A model generated the notes under the pieces. It saw nothing but the letters and a program-made list of their open reading frames with translations, had not been told where the DNA came from and searched no databases. From NCBI GenBank assembly GCA_034440375.1, contig JAWXBZ010000047.1:1-13012 (forward strand): a stretch of 13,012 bases of DNA, read 5' to 3'. Source of the stretch: Candidatus Eiseniibacteriota bacterium. GTDB lineage: Bacteria; Eisenbacteria; RBG-16-71-46; JABDJR01; JAWXBZ01. Made by a program: the position numbers and the translations under genes. The number at the start of each line of letters is the position of its first letter. The first letter of the stretch is position 1. Positions 1 through 6,651 of the stretch are shown here, one piece after another.

Positions 1-336
1 CGGTGCCGACGTTTTCTCGTAGTTCCAAAGCCGGGTCAGGCGCGACTCGATGGTTTCCCGTCCCGGCAGCGATGCCAGGTAGCCGCGGGTGAACCGGTCC
101 TGCTCCTCGACCCAGTTCGAAACCGAGTCGCTGTTGCGAATGTCCGTCTCCAGCCAGCGATAGGGGTCGGGCACCGGCGTGCCGAAGTAGCTTTCGGTGA
201 TCGGGCCACGGGGGGTGGCGGGATAGACCAGGTGGTCGGTGGGTGCCTTTCGCGAGGCCGCGGCGTCGGATGCCGTGGGCCGGGTGCCGCTGAACAGCAG
301 CACGACAGCCAGCGACAGCATCAAACGACATTTCAT
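1..336 (-). CDS. Prolyl oligopeptidase family (S9A) serine peptidase, N-terminal part with signal peptide; runs off the left edge
   Basis: Not in the ORF track; translated by hand from ATG at 336: MKCRLMLSLAVVLLFSG...YPATPRGPITESYFGTPVPDPYRWLETDIRNSDSVSNWVEEQDRFTRGYLASLPGRETIESRLTRLWNYEKTSAP. The DPYRWLE, WVxxQ and LWNYEK motifs are typical of the Peptidase_S9_N region. SD-like GAGG lies 7 nt upstream of the ATG. Confidence 0.93.
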   Translation of the reverse strand, partial: MKCRLMLSLAVVLLFSGTRPTASDAAASRKAPTDHLVYPATPRGPITESYFGTPVPDPYRWLETDIRNSDSVSNWVEEQDRFTRGYLASLPGRETIESRLTRLWNYEKTSAP

Positions 337-444
337 GGCGATACCTCGGGCAACAAACCGGACCAACAGGAACCAGGATGGAAGTCGACGATCATAGACG
401 AGCCGAAGGGATGATCCCAGCCGGACCGGTCGGCTTGCGGCCGG

Positions 445-1506
445 CTACTTCCCGACCAGCGAGGCCCCGCAGATGGTCCGCAGTGCCAGTTCCAGGTGAA
501 GTCGGTCAGGCTCGGCCTGCCCGGTCTTGAGCGCGCGGTCAAGCCGGGCCAGCGATTGGACGGCAAGGGACAGTTCCGCGCGGCTGAACAGACTGACCGA
601 ACGCAGGAAGGGCGCGGAGCCACCCGGTCCGCCGAACCACATGCCGGCCACGACGGCGCTGGCGCCGTAACCGGCGTCCATTCGGTCGCGGGCTACGAGC
701 ATCTTGCGGAAGCGCTCCCCGAGCATGGCCGTGATTCGGATCGGGCCGTTATCGCGTGGGAACAGGAGAGCGGCGTCCAGGGCGGCCAGGGCCGGGCTTA
801 GTTGCCGTTCGGCCACCGCACTCTCGATCTGGTAGAGCACACGCGATTCGGCGTGTCGGCTGACGACACGCAGATCCTCGCGGACGAGGCGCCGGCGCTG
901 GCCGGCCGACAGGCAGATCTTTTCCAGTTCTATTTCGAGATCGGACAGGGCGGCCCGGCTGTCGCCTGACTCGCCGGTGCACATGGCGTACAACTCCTCG
1001 GCCACCGGGAGCGGCAAGTCGTGGCCGAGTTCCCTGGACCGCTGGATCGCCCAGGCGATGCCGTCCTTCGGAAACGGGCGCCAGAGGGTGTAGCGCTCCG
1101 GTACTTTCTTGAGGGCGGCGGGCAGTTTCTCACCGGCCTCCGAAGCGACAAGAATCAGGATCGTGGAGGGAGATGGACTGGCCAGGTAGGCGGTGAGGCG
1201 TTCCATGTCGCCGCGCGGCAGGCCGTCGGCATCCGCGACCACCACGATCCGCCGCTCGCAGAACATCGGTAGCGTGGCCGCGGCATTGAAGATGGTATGG
1301 CCGTCGTCCTGGCCCCCGCGGTACCGGTTGAAGTTGAAGACCTGGAGGTCCACCGGTACGAATCGTTTAAGGGCGACCGCGATCAGTTCATCGGCGAACA
1401 GGCGCTCCGGACCGGCCAGGAGAACGACCGGCCCCAGTTCACCTTTCGCAAAGGTCTGGCGCGCTTCGGCGATTCCGGCATCCGCGCCGCGGCGCGGCCG
1501 GCTCAC
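445..1506 (-). CDS. holA: DNA polymerase III subunit delta
   Basis: Motifs VVLLAGPERLF, FNFNRYRG, TLPMFCERRIVVV, ELEKI and LARLDRALKTG; length about 353 aa; lies directly downstream of lptE (conserved lptE-holA order). GTG at 1506 overlaps the lptE TGA (GTGA) and follows GGAGG at 1511-1515; GTG at 1509 is an alternative start. Confidence 0.92.
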   Translation of the reverse strand: MSRPRRGADAGIAEARQTFAKGELGPVVLLAGPERLFADELIAVALKRFVPVDLQVFNFNRYRGGQDDGHTIFNAAATLPMFCERRIVVVADADGLPRGDMERLTAYLASPSPSTILILVASEAGEKLPAALKKVPERYTLWRPFPKDGIAWAIQRSRELGHDLPLPVAEELYAMCTGESGDSRAALSDLEIELEKICLSAGQRRRLVREDLRVVSRHAESRVLYQIESAVAERQLSPALAALDAALLFPRDNGPIRITAMLGERFRKMLVARDRMDAGYGASAVVAGMWFGGPGGSAPFLRSVSLFSRAELSLAVQSLARLDRALKTGQAEPDRLHLELALRTICGASLVGK

Positions 1507-2009
1507 CACCCCTCCAGGGTGCGGGAGAGAATGATGTCGGCCAGCTGGTCGATGGCCTCGGTGCGCGCTTCCGACTCTGTCCTGATCCGAGGCCCCACGA
1601 CTTCGTACGTGGCCGTGGCCCGGATACCCTCTTCTGACCAGAGTTCCTTGTTCTTGACCCGGTCCTGGACGATGACGTTGACGGTGATGATCAGGATGTA
1701 TTCACTGGCCTGCTCTTTATCGTCAAACCGATAGACCTTGTTCTCATAGTTCTTGATGACGCCTTCCAGCAACGAATTGGCCGTCGCGGGCTCGGCGATG
1801 GCCAGGACGTTGCGTTCCTGAAAGCGCTGGATGATCCGCCGCGTGGCTTCGTCCTCGACACCCCCCTGGAGCGATTCGTTGCGCAGGACCGGAATGGCGA
1901 TGGTCTTGATGTGGCCGGGGATGGAGTTCTTGACGGTGTAGCAGGCCATGTAACTCAGCGCGCCAAGCGCGCTGAGCTGCCAAAGTAGAATCGTCGGAAG
2001 GCGTTTCAT
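1503..2009 (-). CDS. lptE: LPS-assembly lipoprotein LptE family protein
   Basis: 168 aa with a basic N-terminus, a hydrophobic stretch and a Cys (YMA-C-YTV). Motifs HIKTIAIPVLRN, LLEGVIKNY, YILIITVNV and AIDQLADIIL...W match LptE-type proteins. Lies immediately upstream of holA. Confidence 0.85.
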   Translation of the reverse strand: MKRLPTILLWQLSALGALSYMACYTVKNSIPGHIKTIAIPVLRNESLQGGVEDEATRRIIQRFQERNVLAIAEPATANSLLEGVIKNYENKVYRFDDKEQASEYILIITVNVIVQDRVKNKELWSEEGIRATATYEVVGPRIRTESEARTEAIDQLADIILSRTLEGW

Positions 2010-2017
2010 GGAACGGC

Positions 2018-2045
2018 ATGGTATCAGGCGGAAACGCGTTCACAA
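2018..2045 (-). promoter_or_regulatory. Candidate sigma70-type promoter for lptE-holA (probably leaderless)
   Basis: Minus strand reads TTGTGA (2045-2040), 16 nt, then TACCAT (2023-2018) with a TGn extension, 8 nt before the ATG at 2009. No SD is present. Confidence 0.45.
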
Positions 2046-2079
2046 AAGAAGGCGGCGGTGCCGGGTTGGCACCGCCGCC
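2041..2079 (-). terminator. Rho-independent terminator after the two-component operon
   Basis: Perfect 12-bp GC-rich stem GGCGGCGGTGCC (2051-2062) / GGCACCGCCGCC (2068-2079) with a 5-nt loop, followed on the minus strand by TTCTTTTGT; about 60 nt past the regulator stop codon. Confidence 0.88.
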
Positions 2080-2138
2080 ATTTCAGGCCGAGTTACGATG
2101 TCGAAAAACGCCCTCGGTTGCTTCGCAACGTCGGGTAC

Positions 2139-3569
2139 TTAGGCCACTTGCCGGTGCACCTTTCGCTCGCGTTCCATGTCGTACAGCTTCATCCGGTAGC
2201 GGAGCTTGTCCCGCTTCAGATTCAGCAGGGACGCCGTCCGACTCTGATTCCAGCCGGTGGAATCGGATGCCTTGCGGATCATGGCCTGCTCGATGTCACC
2301 CATCAGTTCCTCGAACATGACCCCACCCGGTGGCATGACCGGTGAATCCAGCACCTGCTCCAGCCGGCTGACGAGCGAATTCGGGTCTCGCCCGTCGCGG
2401 CGAGCCGACAGTGTCAGCATGGCCGAATTCATGGTCGGGCCGTTCTCCAGGAGGACCGTGCGTTCCATCAGATTCTTCAGTTCGCGGATGTTGCCCGGCC
2501 AGTCGTAGTTGACCAGCGCGGCTTCGGCATCCGGCGTGAAGTCCTGGAAGTTCTTGGTGAACGCCCGGGAGAACTGGTGCATGAAGTGCTTGGCCAGCAG
2601 CAGGATGTCCTCGCGGCGCTCGCGGAGCGGCGGCACGAAAATCGGCACGACCTTGAGGCGATAGTACAGATCCTCGCGGAACCTCTGTTCCTGAACCATC
2701 CGGGAGAGATCCTGGTTGGTGGCGGAGATGATGCGAACCGAAACCTTGATGTCCTTGGTGCCGCCGACCCGCCGAAAGGTCATCCGTTCGAGGACTCGCA
2801 GCAGCTTCACCTGGATCGAAAGCGTCATCTCCCCGACTTCGTCGAGGAAGAGTGTGCCGCCGTTGGCCAGTTCCAGCAGTCCCTGCTTCTGCTGGCGTGC
2901 GTCCGTGAACGCGCCCTTCTCGTGGCCGAACAGTTCGGATTCGAGTATTTCCCGGGGGATGGCCGCGCAGTTGATCTCCAGGAACGGCTTGTCGCGGCGG
3001 GCCGACATTTCATGGACCATGTTGGCCACCAATTCCTTGCCGGTGCCGCTCTCTCCCTGGATCAGGACCGAAGTGCTGTCGGAGCGGGCCACCTGCTCGC
3101 ACATGGTGTAAACGTGGTGGATCTTGGGCGAGTTGCCGCGCACGAACTCCTTGGAATAGCGCTGCTGCTGAAGCTGACGGTGATGCTTCAACTCCCGCCA
3201 GAGCTTCTGACTTTCCAGCCCCTTGCCGACGACGATCGAGAGCTGCTCCAGGTTGATCGGTTTGTTGACATAGTCAAAGGCGCCCAGCTTCATCGCCTTG
3301 ACAGCCGAATCGACATCGCCGAACGCGGTCATGATGATGACCGTCATTTCCGGCCAGGCCGACTTGATTTCCTTCAGGACATCCAGGCCGTGAATATCGG
3401 GCAGGCGCAGGTCGAGGAGCACCAGATCGGGCGGCTCCTTCTCGACCGCCTTCAGGGCTTCCTTCCCCTCGGCGGCGGTGGTGACCAGGTAACCTTCGTC
3501 GGTCAGCGCCTTCGAGATGAAGTGCCGGATCGACTCCTGGTCGTCGACGATCAGGATCTGCGAGATCAT
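2139..3569 (-). CDS. Sigma54-dependent response regulator, NtrC/AtoC family (REC-AAA+-Fis HTH), 476 aa
   Basis: Receiver domain ILIVDD...LVLLDLRLPD...MTAF...NKP; Walker A GESGTGKE; GAFTDA loop; Walker B LFLDEVGE; FREDLYYRL; WPGNIREL; HTH WNQSRTASLLNL..KLRYRM. Start placed at ATG 3569, which overlaps the kinase stop (ATGA) and follows GGAGGAG at 3574-3580, not at 3803 as in the track. Confidence 0.96.
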   Translation of the reverse strand: MISQILIVDDQESIRHFISKALTDEGYLVTTAAEGKEALKAVEKEPPDLVLLDLRLPDIHGLDVLKEIKSAWPEMTVIIMTAFGDVDSAVKAMKLGAFDYVNKPINLEQLSIVVGKGLESQKLWRELKHHRQLQQQRYSKEFVRGNSPKIHHVYTMCEQVARSDSTSVLIQGESGTGKELVANMVHEMSARRDKPFLEINCAAIPREILESELFGHEKGAFTDARQQKQGLLELANGGTLFLDEVGEMTLSIQVKLLRVLERMTFRRVGGTKDIKVSVRIISATNQDLSRMVQEQRFREDLYYRLKVVPIFVPPLRERREDILLLAKHFMHQFSRAFTKNFQDFTPDAEAALVNYDWPGNIRELKNLMERTVLLENGPTMNSAMLTLSARRDGRDPNSLVSRLEQVLDSPVMPPGGVMFEELMGDIEQAMIRKASDSTGWNQSRTASLLNLKRDKLRYRMKLYDMERERKVHRQVA

Positions 3570-5449
3570 TGGGCTCCTCCGTTGGAAACCGGCGTCCTGG
3601 GAAGTTCCACGGTGAAGCTGGACCCCTCGCCTTCGACACTGTCGATGCGAAGCAGTCCCCCGTGTCGTTCCACGATGCCATGACAGATGTACAAACCGAG
3701 CCCCGTTCCCGAGGCCTTCTTCGTGAAAAATGGTTCGAACAGGCGCTTGCGAACCTCCGGCGACATGCCCGTTCCCGTGTCGGAAACGGTCATCGTTATC
3801 CATGGCTCTTCGCCTGGACGGCCGGGGCGGGTGCCGGTCCTCAAGGTGAGCGTGCCGCCCGGCTCCATCGCCTCGATGGCGTTCTTGATCAGGTTGATGG
3901 TCACCTGCTGGATTTGATCGGCGTCCGCCGGAACAGCCGGCACCGATTCCGGCAGGATCCGGATGACCTCGATCTGTCGGGCCGTCGCCATGTCGCCGAG
4001 ACTTCGCAGGGATCGTTCCAGGATCAACTCCGGTCGCTCGGGTGCCGTCATGAGCGGCCTCGGATGTGTCACCCGGAAGAGATCCTCGATGATCTGGTTG
4101 AGACGCTGGATCTCCTTCTGGATGAATCCGATGTTGTCGCCTTCCGGGCCCGAGCGGTCCATGCCTCGGGTCAGGTATTCCACCCCGGCTGAAATGCCGG
4201 CCAGTGGATTGCGAATCTCGTGGGCAATGGCTGCCGTGAATCGGCCAAGGGCCGCCAGGCGGTCGAGATGACGGATCCGCTCCTCCATCTCCTTGAAGAC
4301 AGTCAGATCCTGGAAAGTGGCGATGACGCCGTAGATTTCGCCGTCCTCATTGCGCAACGGCGAGGTGGAAACGCTGGCCACGAAGAAGGTGCCGTCCTTC
4401 TTGGAGAGGACAACCTCCTTGCCCAGGACCGGCTTGCCATAGCTGGCGCCGCGAATCGCCGCTTCCATCCCCCGGTCGGCGAGCGGCAGGAATGGCGGGA
4501 TGTCGCCCAGGACATCCTCCATCTCCCACCCGGTCAGACCAACCGCCGTCTGGTTCATCGAGATGGCGCGGCGGGCCAGGTTGATGGCCACGAGGCCCGA
4601 GCCCATGCTGTTCAGGAGGTCGTCCCGGAACATCTCCCCCTGCCGGAGATCCTGGTACAGGCGGCCATTCTCCACGACGGTCGAGAGCGTCGTGGCCACC
4701 GATTCGATCTGGGACAGGTCGTCGCTCGTGAGGGGTGTTTCGCGTCCGCACCGACCGACCATGATGAGGCCGAGAACGGTCGTCCGGCCGTCGGCCGGGC
4801 CGGGAACCTGGTCCAGGTTCTGTCGGCCGGAACCGGCGCCAACCGGTGACGCGAACAAGTGGGCCGCCTTGAGCGGTGCCAGGACGATGGACCCGAGATT
4901 CTCCATGTCGAAGGCCGAGGCGAGATCCCCTTCGCCCTGGTAGAGACCCGCTTCGGTCGGCGATTCGATCAGGCGGGCCTCCCCGCTGGCAAACGAGGTG
5001 GTAACGGCGCCGGTGGCGCCGGGAATCGGCAGAGTGATCTGCGCTTGAAAGAAGCCAAGGCCGGCGCGCCGGATGGCCGTGCCCCGGAGCACCATCGGTT
5101 CGCGGTCGAACAGGAGCACCGCCACCCGACTGTGATCGAAGGCCTTGTGGAGATAAAGCGCAATCGTTTCAGCCGCGCGGTCGGCCGAACGAACGGAAAG
5201 GAGGCGATGTGCGACCTCGCGCAAACTGGTGAGTTGCACACTGGTAGCGATGAGCTGGCGATGACCCCGTTCGACGCGGTCGGCCAGGACAAGGGCGAGG
5301 TTGGACAGGGTGGCGGCGCTCGAAAGATCCGCGTCGTCCGGAATCAGCGGTTCGCGAAGGAGCCCCTGGATTTCATCAAGGCGTCGTTCCAGGGGGTCAT
5401 CCGGCAGGCGGCGTGCGGTCGAGGACATCGAGGAGAGATCCATATCCAT
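3566..5449 (-). CDS. Cytoplasmic sensor histidine kinase (GAF-PAS-HisKA-HATPase_c)
   Basis: H-box AAIAHEIRNPL, N-box NLIKNAIEAM, G1 DTGTGM, F-box FEPFFT, G2 GTGLGL. PAS region LLNSMGSGLVAIN...KKDG...PLRNEDGEIYGVIATFQDLT. GAF-like region ends VLGLIMVGR...VENGRLY. No clear transmembrane helix. Start could be ATG 5449, 5443 or 5428. Confidence 0.94.
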   Translation of the reverse strand: MDMDLSSMSSTARRLPDDPLERRLDEIQGLLREPLIPDDADLSSAATLSNLALVLADRVERGHRQLIATSVQLTSLREVAHRLLSVRSADRAAETIALYLHKAFDHSRVAVLLFDREPMVLRGTAIRRAGLGFFQAQITLPIPGATGAVTTSFASGEARLIESPTEAGLYQGEGDLASAFDMENLGSIVLAPLKAAHLFASPVGAGSGRQNLDQVPGPADGRTTVLGLIMVGRCGRETPLTSDDLSQIESVATTLSTVVENGRLYQDLRQGEMFRDDLLNSMGSGLVAINLARRAISMNQTAVGLTGWEMEDVLGDIPPFLPLADRGMEAAIRGASYGKPVLGKEVVLSKKDGTFFVASVSTSPLRNEDGEIYGVIATFQDLTVFKEMEERIRHLDRLAALGRFTAAIAHEIRNPLAGISAGVEYLTRGMDRSGPEGDNIGFIQKEIQRLNQIIEDLFRVTHPRPLMTAPERPELILERSLRSLGDMATARQIEVIRILPESVPAVPADADQIQQVTINLIKNAIEAMEPGGTLTLRTGTRPGRPGEEPWITMTVSDTGTGMSPEVRKRLFEPFFTKKASGTGLGLYICHGIVERHGGLLRIDSVEGEGSSFTVELPRTPVSNGGAQ

Positions 5450-5457
5450 AAGGCATC

Positions 5458-5474
5458 AGCAAGGGTTGGGCCGA
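5458..5474 (-). promoter_or_regulatory. Candidate sigma54 (-24/-12) promoter of the kinase-regulator operon
   Basis: Minus strand TCGGCCCAACCCTTGCT has GG-N10-GC spacing and the TTGCW element of the consensus YTGGCACGNNNNTTGCW; it lies directly upstream of the kinase start. Confidence 0.55.
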
Positions 5475-5674
5475 ATGGACCACTGGAAAGCAGTTTGGGT
5501 GATGGTTGAAGTGATCGATTCAAGACACAGCCAGACAATACGTTACACTCTATCGGAATCATCTCACAAAAACAGGGCAAGTCGCCGGGCTCACGGACCC
5601 GTGCAGCTTGCAATGAGGCTGTCGCAGTTCGGGGTTTTTGGCGCGGCCGGTCGGCATCCAGGAGCCAGCGTCGG

Positions 5675-5703
5675 TTGATCCCGGCCCCGCAACGAAGCAG
5701 AAT
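5675..5703 (+). promoter_or_regulatory. Candidate sigma70-type promoter for the thioredoxin/MsrA-like gene (probably leaderless)
   Basis: TTGATC (5675-5680), 17 nt, CAGAAT (5698-5703), 8 nt, ATG 5712. No SD precedes the ATG. Confidence 0.45.
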
Positions 5704-5711
5704 TCCACCCT

Positions 5712-6626
5712 ATGGCATACATTCATCGAATTCTGACCACTTTGCTGCTGGGAGGCGGCCTGTTCGCCACACCCGACGATTCATGGATCCCGGCGGTCTC
5801 GGCCGCCAATCCCCGCGAGCTTGGTGACGTCACCTGGCGTCGCGACTGGGACGTGGCCGCTGCCGAATCACGCCGCAACGGCCGTCCCCTCCTGGTTCTG
5901 TTCCAGGAGATCCCGGGCTGCGCCACCTGTGTCGGGTTTGGCGATGGAGCGCTCTCCAACCCGCGACTGGTCGAGGTCATCGAAACGCTCTTCGTACCGC
6001 TGGCCATCCACAACAACAAGCCGGGCGCCGACAGGGTTATCCTCGAGCGCTTCCGGGAGCCCGCCTGGAACAATCCGGTGGTGCGTTTCCTCGACGCCGA
6101 CGGTAACGACTGGATTCCCCGAAAGGATGGTGTCTGGTCGGAGGGGGCGCTGTCGCGACGGATGCTCGCCGCGCTGGAGAAATCAGGTCAGCCCGCGCCC
6201 GGGTGGTTCCGCCTGGTGGTCGAGGAAATCGACGCCGACGACCCGCAGCGGCTCTACCTGGCGATGCACTGCTTCTGGGAGGGCGAGGCTCGCCTTGGCA
6301 CGCTCGATGGCCTCCTGGCGACGCGGGCCGGGTTCATCGACGGCAAGGAAGTGGTGGAAGTAACCTACGACGCGGTCCGCCTGCCGGCGGATCGCCTGAT
6401 CACGGAAGCCAGGAAGCGCGGTGTGGCCGGGGAGTCGTGGACGGGTAACCAGGTGCCTTTCCGCGAGGCACCCGCATCGGACCAGAAGCGCCACCTGTCA
6501 GGAACGCGCTGGGAATCGGTGGCGCATCTGTCGCCGCTCCAGGCGGCCCGGATCAATTCGGCGCTGGCGAGCGGCGCGCCGGCCGGTCCGTTTCTGACGC
6601 CCAGGCAGGCCGTGACGGCCCGGTAG
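5712..6626 (+). CDS. Thioredoxin-like protein resembling the VPGUxxT (seleno)protein family, Cys form, with C-terminal MsrA-like domain and probable signal peptide
   Basis: N-terminal hydrophobic leader (RILTTLLLGGGLFA). Thioredoxin-like part ELGDVTW...GRPLLVLFQEIPGCATC...EPAWNNPVVRFLD. C-terminal part LYLAMHCFWEGE...DGLLATRAGF..GKEVVEVTYD parallels MsrA GGCFWG.E...GV..T..GY...EAVEVTYD. Fills the gap between flanking minus-strand genes without overlap. Confidence 0.8.
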   Translation: MAYIHRILTTLLLGGGLFATPDDSWIPAVSAANPRELGDVTWRRDWDVAAAESRRNGRPLLVLFQEIPGCATCVGFGDGALSNPRLVEVIETLFVPLAIHNNKPGADRVILERFREPAWNNPVVRFLDADGNDWIPRKDGVWSEGALSRRMLAALEKSGQPAPGWFRLVVEEIDADDPQRLYLAMHCFWEGEARLGTLDGLLATRAGFIDGKEVVEVTYDAVRLPADRLITEARKRGVAGESWTGNQVPFREAPASDQKRHLSGTRWESVAHLSPLQAARINSALASGAPAGPFLTPRQAVTAR

Positions 6627-6651
6627 GCCGCCGTCCATCCGGCCGCCGCCG

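Noticed and set aside
391-419. TATGAT -10-like hexamer upstream of the prolyl oligopeptidase
   Set aside because: The -35 position (TGGGAT) is a poor match and there is no TG extension; too weak to report as a feature.
3570-3803. N-terminal extension of the response regulator in the ORF track
   Set aside because: It overlaps the kinase HATPase coding region; the receiver domain starts at ATG 3569 behind a strong SD.
2577-5509. Several 130-370 aa plus-strand ORFs opposite the two-component genes
   Set aside because: Antisense shadows of well-supported genes, with no motifs of their own.
5919-5990. Selenocysteine recoding in the thioredoxin-like gene
   Set aside because: The codon is TGC (Cys) and the frame has no internal TGA, so this copy is the cysteine form.
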